Below, piece after piece: positions 34,758 to 44,965 of a stretch of DNA of 64,000 bases. Position numbers and translations under genes: made by a program. Position 1 is the stretch's first letter, and each line of letters opens with the position of its first letter. Origin of the DNA: an uncultured Candidatus Rokubacteria bacterium (lineage in GTDB: Bacteria; Methylomirabilota; Methylomirabilia; Rokubacteriales; CSP1-6); assembly GCA_963747235.1 (NCBI GenBank), contig CAVVEU010000020.1, positions 48,632 through 112,631 on the forward strand. The letters run 5' to 3'. Below the pieces are notes generated by a model, which did not search any database, had not been told where the DNA came from, and was given only the letters and a program-made list of their open reading frames with translations.

Positions 34758-35097
34758 ACCTGGTCGGCAAGGCGCCCTGACCGCGGCCGGGTTCGCGAAG
34801 TCGCGTACCCGCCGGAAGCACCGGCCGCCTGACGCTCTGGCGCTCGAATCGGGCTGAGGTCGGCTGGGGAGGCCGGCGGATCAGCGGCGTGTGCGCCGAG
34901 ACCAGCGCAGTCACTACGCCGGCGCCAGCATCCGCGCCGGCCGGGTCGCGGGAGGGCGGTCCCCAACGCAGACGATCACCGCTCGTCCGCGAACGCGCGT
35001 GGCGTCGACCGGGCCCGACCCGGAGATCGAAGGGCCGGGGAGCATGGCGCTCCACTCGGCCTCGCGCCCGGACGCCACTCCGCAGCGGACCTCTAAA

Positions 35098-35173
35098 TGG
35101 TGGAGGGTAAGGGAGTCGAACCCTCGACCTCGGCGTTGCGAACGCCGCGCTCTCCCAACTGAGCTAACCCCCC
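35098..35173 (-). tRNA. tRNA-Ala (anticodon CGC)
   Basis: RC reads GGGGGGTTAGCTCAGTTGGGAGAGCGCGGCGTTCGCAACGCCGAGGTCGAGGGTTCGACTCCCTTACCCTCCACCA. G3:U70 Ala identity pair present, anticodon loop TTCGCAA, T-loop TTCGACT, encoded CCA. Confidence 0.9.
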
Positions 35174-35239
35174 GTCAGACCGGCCCATTGTACTCGGCCG
35201 GCCCCCATCCGACAAGCCCGGCGACGGCCTCGTCGCGCC

Positions 35240-36049
35240 TCAGCTCTTGGGTGGCTGCGGATCGGCGCCGAACGCCCGCAGCAGCGGGGTGAAGAGGTCC
35301 AGCGGCAGCGGGAAGAAGGTCGTGGTGTTCCGCTCGGAGGCCACCTCCCGCATCGTCTGGAGATAGCGGAGCTGCACCGCGATCGGGAAGCGCATCAGCA
35401 CCTCGGCGGCCTCGCCCAGCTTGGCGGCGGCCTGGAACTCGCCCTCCGCGTTGATCACCTTGGCGCGCCGCTCGCGCTCGGCCTCGGCCTGCTTGGACAT
35501 GGCGCGCTGCATGTCCTGCGGCAGGTCCACGTTCTTCACCTCGACGGCGGCCACCTTCACGCCCCACGGGCTCGTGTGCTGGTCGATGATCCGGGTCAGC
35601 TCCTCGTTGATCTTCTCCCGGCGCGCCAGGAGATCGTCCATCTGCTGCTGGCCCAGCACGCTCCGCAGCGTGGTCTGCGCCATCTGGGAGGTCGCGTAGA
35701 GATAGTCCTCCACGCTGATGACCGCCTTGGCCGCGTCGAGCACGCGGAAGAAGATCACCGCGTTCACCTTCATCGACACGTTGTCGCGCGTGATCACGTC
35801 CTGGGGCGGCACGTCCATGGTGATCGTGCGGAGGCTCACCTTGACCATCTTGTCGATGAACGGGATCAGGAGCACGAGGCCCGGGCCGGTGCCGTCGCCC
35901 CCGGGGTTGAAGATCGCGTTGGTCCGCCGGCCGAAGCGGAAGATGACGCCCCGCTCGTACTCCCGCAGGATGCGGAACGAGGAGAAGAAGATGTAGAGCA
36001 GGATGATCGCGACCGGGATGATGCCGAAGAGGAGCTGGATGCCTTCCAT
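35240..36049 (-). CDS. SPFH/band-7 (stomatin-like, slipin) membrane protein
   Basis: [41 protein letters not shown]… Typical stomatin core, partner of NfeD. Confidence 0.85.
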   Translation of the reverse strand: MEGIQLLFGIIPVAIILLYIFFSSFRILREYERGVIFRFGRRTNAIFNPGGDGTGPGLVLLIPFIDKMVKVSLRTITMDVPPQDVITRDNVSMKVNAVIFFRVLDAAKAVISVEDYLYATSQMAQTTLRSVLGQQQMDDLLARREKINEELTRIIDQHTSPWGVKVAAVEVKNVDLPQDMQRAMSKQAEAERERRAKVINAEGEFQAAAKLGEAAEVLMRFPIAVQLRYLQTMREVASERNTTTFFPLPLDLFTPLLRAFGADPQPPKS

Positions 36050-36068
36050 GTGCGGCCTCCTGAGAGTG

Positions 36069-37400
36069 CTAGGGGCGCTGCGCCGACCTGGTGACCTTGA
36101 GCGTGAGGCCATCGATGGCCGCGACCTTGACGGACTCGCCCGCCGCCACGGTGCCGTCCTGGCTCAGCGCCCGCCACAGCTCGCCGTCGATCATCACCTG
36201 CCCCTCGGGCGCCAGCGCCGACCGCGCCACCCCGAGCCGCCCCACCATGGCGGATTCGCCGGTCACCGAGGGCCGGTAGAGCGCGCGGATGCCCATGGAC
36301 ACCGCGAAGAAGACCAGCGCCGCGGTCGTGCCCACCGTGGGAATCACCACGTACCAGGACAGCCGGATCCCGGTCGTCTCGGGCGAGTCGTAGAGCATGA
36401 GGGAGCCGAGCAGCATGGCGACCACGCCGCCGATCGCGAGGACGCCGTGGCTCACCACCTTGACCTCGGCGATGAGCAGCACCACGCCGAAGAGAAGCAG
36501 CAGGAGGCCGGCCCAGTTCACCGGCAGGCTCTGGAAGGCGTAGAAGGCCAGGATCAGGCAGATGCCGCCGATGACGCCGGGCAGGATCGCGCCCGGGTTG
36601 GACAGCTCGAAGAAGATGCCCGAGCATGCCCGCCATCATCAGCAGGTAGGCGATGTTGGGGTCCGAGATCAGGGCGAGGAACCGGTCGCGGAAGCGCACC
36701 TCGATGACCTTGACCGGCGCGTCCTTGGTGGCGAGCGTGACCTGGCCGCGCGTGGTCTTGACGGCGCGGCCGTCGATCTGGGTCAGGAGATCCGGCACGC
36801 TCTCGGCCACCAGGTCCACGATCTTGAGCTTGACCGCCTCGCGCTCGGTGGCCGAGACCGACGAGCGCACCGCCTTCTCGGCCCACTCCGCGTTGCGCCC
36901 CCGCTCGGTGGCGATGGTGCGCGCGAAGGCGGCCGCGTCGTTCTCGACCTTCTTGATCATCTCCTTGTCCCCGCCCCCGCCCACCGCCACCGGGTGCGCG
37001 GCCCCGATGTTCGTGGCGGGCGCCATCACGGCCACGTGCGCGGCCATCGTGATGAAGACTCCGGCGGAGGCGGCGCGCGCGCCACCCGGCGCGACGTAGA
37101 CGATGACCGGGATCGGCGAGCCCAGGATGCTCTGCACCATCGAGCGCATGGAGCGCTCGAGCCCGCCCGGCGTGTTGAGCTGCACGATCGAGGGCCTGGG
37201 AGCCTTCGGCCTGCGCCCGGTCGATCGCGCTCGCCGAGCAGGCGGACCGTGACCGGGGTGATCGCGGAATCCAGCTCGATCAGCGACACGGATTGAGCCG
37301 CGGAGGCCGGGCCGGCGAGGGAGAGCAGCGCGGCGGAGGCCAGCAGGATGGCGACGGCGACGAGGAGAGGCCGGTTGATGGCCGATCTCACGCGCGTCAT
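36069..37400 (-). CDS. nfeD: NfeD-family membrane-bound ClpP-class serine protease (long form); three frame changes in this sequence
   Basis: Segments found in different frames: signal peptide + …[20 protein letters not shown] (frame R, from 37400); …AIDRAQAEG… (frame S); …[67 protein letters not shown]…[10 protein letters not shown] (frame P); [15 protein letters not shown]…TM…OB-fold C-terminus (frame Q, to 36069). Breaks at ~37225, ~37185 and ~36605. Confidence 0.75.
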
Positions 37401-37422
37401 CTTAGCACGCGCGGGACGCGCC

Positions 37423-38376
37423 CTAGCGGGCGAGGGCGACCACCGAGAGCAGCTCGAAGAGCAGGTTGGCGGCCAGCACGCCGGTGATGGCGCCGGGCCC
37501 GTCGTAGGGCGGCGAGACCTCGACGATGTCGCCCCCGGCCAGCTCGATCCCGCGCAGCCCGCGCACGAGCCCGAGCGCCTCGTAGGAGGTGAGCCCGCCC
37601 GCCTCCGGCGTCCCCGTCCCCGGGGCGTAGGCCGGATCGCACGCGTCCACGTCGAAGGAGACGTAGACGGGCCCGCCGCTCTCGAGGCGCCGCAGCCGCT
37701 CGACCGCGGCGGCGACGCCGCGCTCCTTGATCTCCTCGATGCGGATGACCTCGAAGGCGTGCTCGCGGTGGAAGTCGAAGTCCTCCGGGCCGTAGAGGGG
37801 CCCGCGGATGCCCACCTGGATGGAGCGCGCGCCGTCGATCAGCCCCTCCTCGATCGCCCGGCGGAAGGTGCTGCCGTGGTAGTAGGGCAGGCCGAAGTAG
37901 CGGTCCCAGGTGTCCGGGTGCGCGTCGAAGTGCACGAGCCCCAGGCGCCCGTGGCGCTTCGCGAGCGCGCGCAGCACCGCCAGGGTCACGGTGTGATCGC
38001 CGCCCACGCAGAGCGGGACCGCGCGGGCCTCCACCACCGGCGCCAGGGTCTGCTCGATGGCCGCGAAGGTCGCCTCGATCGACACCGGCACCGCGTCCAC
38101 GTCGCCGCAGTCGGCGACCCGCAGCCGCTCGAAGGGGTGCACGCGCAGGGCCGAGTTCCACGGCCGGATCAGCGAGGACTGCTCGCGCACGTGACGCGGG
38201 CCCATGCGCGCGCCCGAGCGGTAGGAGCAGCCGCCGTCGAAGGGAATGCCGCAGAGGGCCACGTCGAGCCCCGCGGGCGACTCCACGTGCGGCAGCCGCA
38301 TGAACGTGGCCGGCTGCGCGAAGCGAGGCGACGCGAAGCCGTCGCGCTGCTTCGGATGCTCGCGGGACGGGTCCAT
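37423..38376 (-). CDS. speB: Arginase-family ureohydrolase, agmatinase-like
   Basis: 317 aa with Mn-binding motifs (…GGDHTVT…, …DAHPD…, …SFDVDACDP…). Confidence 0.75.
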   Translation of the reverse strand: MDPSREHPKQRDGFASPRFAQPATFMRLPHVESPAGLDVALCGIPFDGGCSYRSGARMGPRHVREQSSLIRPWNSALRVHPFERLRVADCGDVDAVPVSIEATFAAIEQTLAPVVEARAVPLCVGGDHTVTLAVLRALAKRHGRLGLVHFDAHPDTWDRYFGLPYYHGSTFRRAIEEGLIDGARSIQVGIRGPLYGPEDFDFHREHAFEVIRIEEIKERGVAAAVERLRRLESGGPVYVSFDVDACDPAYAPGTGTPEAGGLTSYEALGLVRGLRGIELAGGDIVEVSPPYDGPGAITGVLAANLLFELLSVVALAR

Positions 38377-38397
38377 GGCAGCGGCGGTGCCGGCCGG

Positions 38398-39615
38398 CTA
38401 GAGCGTGCCGCGCAGGGTTGCCACCGCCGCGGCCAGGCGCTCGACCTCGCCCGCCGTGGAGTGCACCGAGAAGCTCGCGCGCAGCGTGCCCGCGATGCCG
38501 AGGCGGCGCATCAGCGGCTGGGCGCAGTGAAAGCCCGCGCGCACCGCGATCCCCTGCTGGTCGAGCAGCGCGGCGCCGTCGTGGGGGTGCAGCCCCTCCA
38601 CGTTGAAGGCCACCACCGCGCCCTTCATCTCGGGATTGCGCGGGCCGTAGAGGGTGACGCCCTCGATGCGCCCCAGCGCGTCCAGGCACTGCGCGACGAG
38701 CGCCTGCTCGTGGGCCAGCACCTCGCTCATGCCGAGCTTGCCGAGGTATTCGCACGCCGCGTGCAGCCCCACCGCCTCCGCGATCGGGGGCGTGCCCGGC
38801 TCGAAGCGCCACGGCAGGTCGTTCCACTGCGCGCGGTCGATCCAGACCTCCTTGATCATCTCGCCGCCGCCCCAGGCGGGCTCGAGCTTGTCCAGCACCT
38901 CGCGGCGCCCGTAGAGCACGCCGATGCCGGTGGGCCCGAGCATCTTGTGGCCGGAGAAGGCGTAGAAGTCGGCGCCGATCGCGTTCAGGTCGAGCGGGAG
39001 ATGCGGCACCGCCTGGGCCCCGTCGAGCAGCACGAGCGCGCCGGCCCGGTGCGCGCGCTCCACGATCTGGGCCACCGGGTTGATCGTCCCGAGCACGTTG
39101 GAGACGTGGGCGACCGCCACCACGCGTGTGCGCGGGGAGAGCAGGCGGTCGAAGGCCTCGAGGTCGAGATACCCCTCCCCGACCACCGGGATCGCGCGCA
39201 GCACCGCGCCGCGGTCGCGACAGGCCATCTGCCACGGGATCAGGTTCGAGTGGTGCTCGAGCTCGCTGACGATGATCTCGTCGCCCGCCTTGAGCGTCCG
39301 TCCCACCGCCTGCGCCACCAGGTTGATCCCCTCGGTGGTGCCGCGCGTGAAGATGATCTCCTCGCGGCTGCGGGCGCCCACGAAGGCGCGCACCGCGTCC
39401 CGGGCCGCCTCGTACCGCTCGGTGGCTTCCTCGCCCAGGGTGTGGATGGAGCGGTGCACGTTGGCGTGGCTCGTCTGGTAGTAGTTCGAGATGGCCTCGA
39501 TCACCGCGAGCGGCTTCTGGCTGGAGGCGGCCGAGTCGAGATAGACGAGCGGATGCCCGTTCACGATGCGGGAGAGGATCGGAAAGTCGCGGCGGGTCTT
39601 CTCGCCCAGGTTCAT
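38398..39615 (-). CDS. sufS: Cysteine desulfurase, SufS type (class-V aminotransferase, group II)
   Basis: MNLGEKTRRDFPIL… PLP lysine SGHK, catalytic Cys in GFHCAQPLM, HHSNL motif. Confidence 0.85.
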   Translation of the reverse strand: MNLGEKTRRDFPILSRIVNGHPLVYLDSAASSQKPLAVIEAISNYYQTSHANVHRSIHTLGEEATERYEAARDAVRAFVGARSREEIIFTRGTTEGINLVAQAVGRTLKAGDEIIVSELEHHSNLIPWQMACRDRGAVLRAIPVVGEGYLDLEAFDRLLSPRTRVVAVAHVSNVLGTINPVAQIVERAHRAGALVLLDGAQAVPHLPLDLNAIGADFYAFSGHKMLGPTGIGVLYGRREVLDKLEPAWGGGEMIKEVWIDRAQWNDLPWRFEPGTPPIAEAVGLHAACEYLGKLGMSEVLAHEQALVAQCLDALGRIEGVTLYGPRNPEMKGAVVAFNVEGLHPHDGAALLDQQGIAVRAGFHCAQPLMRRLGIAGTLRASFSVHSTAGEVERLAAAVATLRGTL

Positions 39616-39986
39616 CGCGTCACCTCCTGACCGCTGAGGGCCTCCTGCAGGACGCTCAGCGGGAGCGTCACGCACTTCATCCGTGACGGCCGGATATCGG
39701 AATCGAGCCGCTCCAGCAGGCTCGACGGGGTCTGGGTCTGCGCGAAGCCCACCGGCTGGCCGAGCGCGGCCTCGAGCAGCAGGTCGGCGGAGGCCGCGCA
39801 GATCGCGCAGCAGTCGCCGGTCCAGCGGGCCTCGGCCAGGCGCCCGTCGGCGAGCCGGCCCTGGATGCGCACGCGGTCGCCGCAGAGCGGGTTCACGTCC
39901 TCGTGGGCCACGTCCGGGCGCTCGATCGCGCCGCGGAAGAGCGGCCGGCGGAAGCGCTCCCGGATCACGTCGCTGTAGAGCGCCAT
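39612..39986 (-). CDS. sufU: SufU/IscU-like sulfur acceptor / Fe-S scaffold
   Basis: 125 aa with NPLCGD…GDCCAICAASADLL motifs. Directly downstream of sufS with overlapping stop/start. Confidence 0.75.
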   Translation of the reverse strand: MALYSDVIRERFRRPLFRGAIERPDVAHEDVNPLCGDRVRIQGRLADGRLAEARWTGDCCAICAASADLLLEAALGQPVGFAQTQTPSSLLERLDSDIRPSRMKCVTLPLSVLQEALSGQEVTR

Positions 39987-39988
39987 GG

Positions 39989-41035
39989 TTACTCGGCCAG
40001 CTCGCCGCGGGCGCCGGTCTTGCGGTACGGCGGGAAGCGGTACGCGCTGTCGCGCGAGAGCAGGCCGCCGTGGCCGAGGGCGGCGATCTCGGCCGCGCCG
40101 GTCGGGAGCCCGGCCAGGATGCGCGGCAGCACCAGGTCGAACGTGGTCGCCTGCGAGAACATGCCGCAGGCGGGCATGCCGAGCACCGGGTGCCCGCGCA
40201 CCTCCGCGATCCACAGCAGGCTGCCCGGATGGGCCGGCGCGCCGTGCCGGATCATGCGGCCGCCCAGGCGCTCGAGCCCCGCGAAGACCGGATCGAGCGG
40301 ATCGAGCGAGCCCGCGCCGGCCGCGATCAGGATGTCGGCGCCGGCGGCCAGCAGGGCCTCCATCTCGCCCGCGACCGCGGCGGCGTCCCCGGCCGCGTAG
40401 CGCACCGGCAGCAGCCGCGAGCCGAACCAGTCCACCTTCTCGGTCAGGGAAGACTCGAAGCGCTGGCGCTGGGGCGGAGCCAGGGTCTCGCGGCTCAGCG
40501 CGGCCAGCACGTGAGGCTGGAAGGGCTTCACCGAGACGAGCCCGCCCGCGCTCGCCGCGCGGCTCTCCGCGTCCTTCACCAGCCGCTCCGGGATGGCCAG
40601 CGGGGTGATCTTGGCCCGGGCCACCGGCTCGCCCGACTCCACCGGCTGCAGATCGTAGAGCGTGAAGACCGACATGCCCTCGAGCCCGTTGACCGCCGCG
40701 ACCGCGGGCGCGTTGACGCCGACGAGGCCGCGCCGCTGCGCCGCGAGCGTCCACTGCCCGCCGGTATAGCCCTTGACCTCCACGTTGGCGCCGCAGGCCG
40801 CGGCGGCCAGGCGCGAGCCGGCCGGCTCCTCGTGCACGTCGCCCGGTTCCAGCTCGAGCAGGTGCACCTCCTGCCAGGGCAGCGCGAGCAGGCGCGCCGC
40901 CGCGGCCGCGTCGAGCGTCTGGCCCTTCGAGATGGCCACCTTCCCGGCCTGGTCGCGCACGTCGTGGCACGCGATGCGCCCCTCGAGCGCGTCGGGGGTG
41001 ACGTCGCTATTCCGGTTTACGGCAACGGCCTTCAA
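39989..41035 (-). CDS. Molybdopterin-binding (MoCF_biosynth/MogA-like domain) protein of Mo-hydroxylase accessory clusters
   Basis: TTG start (LKAVAVNRNSDV…). C-terminal domain …ADILIAAGAGSLDPLDPV…PAHPGSLLWIAEVRGHPVLGMPACGM… resembles MogA/CinA-type Moco-binding folds. Its stop is 2 nt before the sufU ATG. Confidence 0.55.
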   Translation of the reverse strand: MKAVAVNRNSDVTPDALEGRIACHDVRDQAGKVAISKGQTLDAAAAARLLALPWQEVHLLELEPGDVHEEPAGSRLAAAACGANVEVKGYTGGQWTLAAQRRGLVGVNAPAVAAVNGLEGMSVFTLYDLQPVESGEPVARAKITPLAIPERLVKDAESRAASAGGLVSVKPFQPHVLAALSRETLAPPQRQRFESSLTEKVDWFGSRLLPVRYAAGDAAAVAGEMEALLAAGADILIAAGAGSLDPLDPVFAGLERLGGRMIRHGAPAHPGSLLWIAEVRGHPVLGMPACGMFSQATTFDLVLPRILAGLPTGAAEIAALGHGGLLSRDSAYRFPPYRKTGARGELAE

Positions 41036-41049
41036 GGCTTGTTCTGATT

Positions 41050-41087
41050 GGGGGGGAGCGGCGCCGCTCCTCCCCCAAGCCCCCCCA
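41050..41087 (-). other. Strong G7/C7 hairpin between xdhC and the next gene
   Basis: ggggggagcggc/gccgctcctccccc inverted repeat with flanking C-run. No U-tract, so probably a stabilising or processing stem-loop rather than a terminator. Confidence 0.4.
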
Positions 41088-41133
41088 CCACACTCATCAT
41101 TCGTCTGTCCTCGGGCTCCATGCTCGGCCGCGC

Positions 41134-42223
41134 CTACTTGAGGCCGCGGCGTACTTTCTCGGAGATGGGCATGCCGGTGGCGTTGCGATGGGTGGCCAGG
41201 GCCTCGGCCAGGATGCTCAGCGCGATCTCGGGCGCGGACTGGGCGCCCAGGTCGAGCCCGATCGGCACGCGCACGCGCAGCAGCGCGTCCTCGGCCACGC
41301 CGTCCTCGCGCAGCAGGTTCAGGATCGCCGCGCCCACGCCGGCTGCTGCCGAGGAGCCCGATGTAGCCCGCCGGCGTGCTCAGGGCGTGCTTGAGCACCG
41401 GGAGGTCGTACTTGTAGTCGTGGGCGACCAGCACCAGCGCGGTGGTCGGGATCAGCGGGACCTGCTGCACCAGCTCCGACGGCACGCCGATCCGGAGATC
41501 GTCCACGTCCGGGAAGCGCTCCTTGGTGGCGAAGCGCGGCCGGCCGTCGATCACGATCGTGCGGAAGCCGAGCGTTCTGGCCAGCGTGACGAGCGGCATC
41601 GCCACGTGGCTGGCGCCGACCACGATCAGCGTGGAGGGCGGCGCGAAGACTTCCGCGAAGGCGCGCACGTTCTCGAGGAACAGCGTCCGCGACTTCCCCG
41701 CGGCCATGGCCTCGCGGGCCTCCGCGGCGAAGCGCTGGTCGAGGAAGGTATCGCCGAGCGTGCCCTCCTGCTTGCCGTCGTCGAGCAGCAGGAGCTTGGC
41801 GCCGTTGTGGGGCGCATCGAGGCGGGTCACGATCACCGCCCGCCCGCCCTGCTCGGCGTGGACGCGCGCCCGCTCGTAGTAGACGAGCGTCGTGTCGTCC
41901 TTGTCGCCGAGCGTCACCGGCTCCAGGAAGACCTCGATGGTGCCGCCGCAGGTGAGCCCGATCTCCCACGCTTCCTCGTCGCCCAGGTTCAGCTCGAGGA
42001 GCCGCGGGGCGTTCTTGCCGAGCACGTCGGCCGATTCCTCGATGACCTGCGCGTCCACGCAGCCGCCGATGGTGACCGAGCCGAGCACGCGCCCGCCCTC
42101 GCCCACCAGCATCTTCGCCCCTTCCTTCCGGGGCGTGGTGCCGCGCGTGTTGACGAGGGTGGCCACCGTCACCTTGGACTCGTTCTGCTTGAGCTGGTTC
42201 AGCTGCTCGGAGAGCTCGGTCAT
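41134..42223 (-). CDS. xdhC: XdhC/CoxF-family Mo-hydroxylase maturation factor (XdhC_CoxI + Rossmann domains); one frame change at ~41340
   Basis: N-part MTELSEQLNQL…GYIGLLGSS (frame 1). C-part AAILNLLREDGVAEDALLRVRVPIGLDLGAQSAPEIALSILAEAL… (frame 2). Break next to a GATC (ggcgatcctg). Confidence 0.75.
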
Positions 42224-42228
42224 GTCGA

Positions 42229-43383
42229 CTACCTCAGGTTGAGATGGCTGGCCAGGTCGCGCAGGCTCGCCAGGTTATGCGCCGCCGCGAAGTGGTCCAC
42301 GAGCGGCAGCGCCGCGGCCATCCCTCGCGTGAGGGGCTCGTAGGACGGATTGCCCAGCAGCGGGTTGAGCCAGATGAGCCGGCCCGCCTTGCGCTTGATC
42401 GCCAGCATCTCGTTGGCCAGGATCTCGGGCTCGCCGGTATCCCAGCCGTCCGACAGCACGAGGACGATGGTGTGCCGATCCACCAGGTTCCCCCACCGCG
42501 CATTGAACTCCTGCAAGGATTCCCCGATCCGGGTCCCACCGGAGAAGTCCCGCACCTCGGTCAGCTTCGCCAGGGCCTGGCGGTAGGACGCACCCTTGAG
42601 ATGCTCGGTCACCCGCGTCAGTCGCGTCGAGAAGGTGAAGGTCTCGACCCGGCCGAAGACGTTCTGGAGCGCGTAGAGGAACTGGAGCAGGAAGCGGCTG
42701 TAGAGGTCCATCGAGCCCGAGACGTCGCAGAGCAGGACGAGCCGGACCTTGCGCCTCCGGCGCTCTCGCCTCCGGAGCTCGATGATCTCGCCCTTCATGA
42801 GGTTGGCCCGCATGCTGCGCCGCATGTCGATGACCCCGCCCCGTCGGGTCGGCCGCTTGCGCCGGCTGATGCGCCGGGCCAGCCGCTTGGCGATCAGGAT
42901 CGTGAGCCGGGCCACCTCGTCGAGATCCTCAACCGGAAAGGCCGAAAAGTCCTGATCCATGAGGATTTCTCGGTCACTGACCCCGGGGACCTCGAGCGGC
43001 TCTCCGTCGTCGTCGCCCTCTTCCTCCCAGCCTTCGAGCGCCACCGAGACCTTCTTCTGCGCCGCCTCCGCCCCGGTATTGCCGGCGTGCTCCTCCGGGA
43101 TGGCCGCCTCGGTCGGGCTCATGAGGCCGTCGAGCCCCTGCCCCTCGTCGGCCTGGAAGCGCCAGAAGACGTCGAAGCAGCGGTCGAAGGCGGGGAACTC
43201 CTCCCGCCGGGCGACCAGGGTCGTGCGCAGCGCCAGGTAGACGTCCTGGCGGTCCATCAGGTCCACGACCTCGAGCGCCCGCACCCCGTCCATCAGCTCG
43301 CCGACGGTGAGCGGCAGCCCCGCCGCCCGCAGCATCTGGCCGAAGCGGAGGACGGCGGTGGTGAGGTCGCGGGGTCCCGCCAT
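42229..43383 (-). CDS. coxE: CoxE-family von Willebrand factor A domain protein
   Basis: 384 aa, VWA_CoxE type (…VLLCDVSGSMD… MIDAS motif). Confidence 0.8.
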   Translation of the reverse strand: MAGPRDLTTAVLRFGQMLRAAGLPLTVGELMDGVRALEVVDLMDRQDVYLALRTTLVARREEFPAFDRCFDVFWRFQADEGQGLDGLMSPTEAAIPEEHAGNTGAEAAQKKVSVALEGWEEEGDDDGEPLEVPGVSDREILMDQDFSAFPVEDLDEVARLTILIAKRLARRISRRKRPTRRGGVIDMRRSMRANLMKGEIIELRRRERRRRKVRLVLLCDVSGSMDLYSRFLLQFLYALQNVFGRVETFTFSTRLTRVTEHLKGASYRQALAKLTEVRDFSGGTRIGESLQEFNARWGNLVDRHTIVLVLSDGWDTGEPEILANEMLAIKRKAGRLIWLNPLLGNPSYEPLTRGMAAALPLVDHFAAAHNLASLRDLASHLNLR

Positions 43384-43384
43384 G

Positions 43385-44276
43385 CTAGCCCTCGGCGGCC
43401 ACGAAGCGCTTGAGGCCGCTCGACGTCAGCTCCCGCTTGAAGCGCTTGATGTCGTCGGCGTCCTTGAGCACGCAGCCGAGCGTCTCCAGCACCAGGTCCT
43501 CGTCGAGATGATTGGCGTGCAGCGAGGCCAGGGCCTGCGCCCAGTCGAGGCTCTCGGCCACCCCCGGCACCTTGGAGAGGCGCATGGTGCGGAGGCCTTC
43601 CATGAAGCGCGAGATCTCGCGGGCGAGCGCCTCGTTCACCCCGGGGACCTTGCGGGTGACGATGCGCACTTCCTTCTCGAACCCCGGGAAGTCGATCCAG
43701 AGATAGAGACAGCGCCGGCGCAGCGCATCGGAGAGCTCGCGCACCCGGTTCGACGTGAGGATGACGTACGGCGGGATGCTTGGCCTTGATCGTGCCGAGC
43801 TCGGGGATCGTCACCTGGAACTCGGAGAGCACCTCGAGGAGGAACGCCTCGAATTCCTCATCCGCGCGGTCGACCTCGTCCACCAGCAGCACCGGCGGCC
43901 TGCCGTCCTGGCTGATCGCCTGGAGCAGCGGGCGGCGGATCAGGAAGGGCTCGGAGAAGATCGTCGCTTCCTTCTCGCCGAGGCTGTGGGTGGTCGCCTC
44001 CTCGAGCTTGATGTGCAGGAGCTGCTTGGGGTAGTTCCACTCGTAGAGCGCCTGCGCGGCGTCGAGCCCCTCGTAGCACTGCAGGCGAATGAGGTTGGTG
44101 TCGAGCATCCGCGCCATCACCTTGGCGACCTCGGTCTTGCCCACACCCGCGTGTCCCTCGATGAGGAGCGGCTTCTTGAGCGTCATGGCCAGGTGCACGG
44201 ACGTCGCGATGGCCGGATCCGTGACGTAGTCGGCCTTCTCCATCATCTGCTGGATCTTCTCGATTTCGGCTCTCAT
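43385..44276 (-). CDS. coxD: CoxD/MoxR-family AAA+ ATPase; one frame change at ~43767
   Basis: N-part with Walker A GHAGVGKTE and Walker B LLVDEVDRA. C-part (IPPYVILTSN)RVRELSDALRRRCLYLWIDFP… in the +1 frame. Extra C in a CCC run. Confidence 0.75.
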
Positions 44277-44288
44277 GGCCCTCTCAGT

Positions 44289-44903
44289 CTACACCGCGTG
44301 ATTGCCTGCCCGGAGGTTCGCCCGGATCTTCTCATAGTCGTCGGGCGTGTCCACGTCCGGCGGCATGGGCAGGTCGAGCTCGACCCACTCCACGCGGGTC
44401 GGCTCCTTCTGGATGATGGGCCGCGCGCCCTGGTCTCCCGTCAGGCGCAGCAGCTCGGGAAAGATCTCGCGCTTGAACACCACCGGGTTGCCCTGCCCGT
44501 CGCGGTAGCGCGGCGCCACGATCAGCTTGGGGCTCGTGCGCCGCGCCGCCAGGAGCGCCGGAATGATGGAGGGCGCCAGCAAGGGCTGGTCGCCGAGCGC
44601 GATCAGGACCGCGTCCACCGACGGGGGCAGCGCGGCGATGCCCGTGCGGACCGAGCCGGCCTGGCCCTCCTCGGGCGCCGGGTTCTCCGCGATCTGCACC
44701 TCGATGCCGGACAGGGCCGCCTCGATCGGCTCGACGTCGGGCCCGGTCACCACCCACACCGAGTCCACCCCGCCCGCCAGGACGCTCTCGACGACGTACC
44801 GGATGATCGCCCGGCCGCCCACCTTCATGAGCACCTTGGACTGACCCATGCGGCGCGAGAGGCCGGCGGCGAGCACGATCCCCGCGATCATCCCGCGCTC
44901 CAA
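44289..44903 (-). CDS. mocA: Molybdenum cofactor cytidylyltransferase (MocA, NTP_transf_3)
   Basis: 204 aa, MIAGIVLAAGLSRRMG… nucleotidyltransferase fold. Typical of CODH/xanthine-DH clusters, making the MCD cofactor. Confidence 0.8.
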   Translation of the reverse strand: MERGMIAGIVLAAGLSRRMGQSKVLMKVGGRAIIRYVVESVLAGGVDSVWVVTGPDVEPIEAALSGIEVQIAENPAPEEGQAGSVRTGIAALPPSVDAVLIALGDQPLLAPSIIPALLAARRTSPKLIVAPRYRDGQGNPVVFKREIFPELLRLTGDQGARPIIQKEPTRVEWVELDLPMPPDVDTPDDYEKIRANLRAGNHAV

Positions 44904-44965
44904 AAACGACGCCCCGCGGAGGCCATCCCGCGGGGCTCGTCGACCGGACGTCTCACCCGAGCGGC

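Noticed and set aside
34758-35097. RNase P RNA / tmRNA / SRP RNA next to tRNA-Ala
   Set aside because: None of the universally conserved cores (GGAAAGUCCGGGCUCC, tmRNA tRNA-like ends, SRP GGUCCGGAAGGAAGCAGC) are present.
39989-42223. 744-aa ORF
   Set aside because: xdhC N-part plus nonsense plus a MoCF-domain protein. The xdhC C-terminus is in the +1 frame ending at 41134, and the downstream gene starts at TTG 41035 after a strong hairpin.
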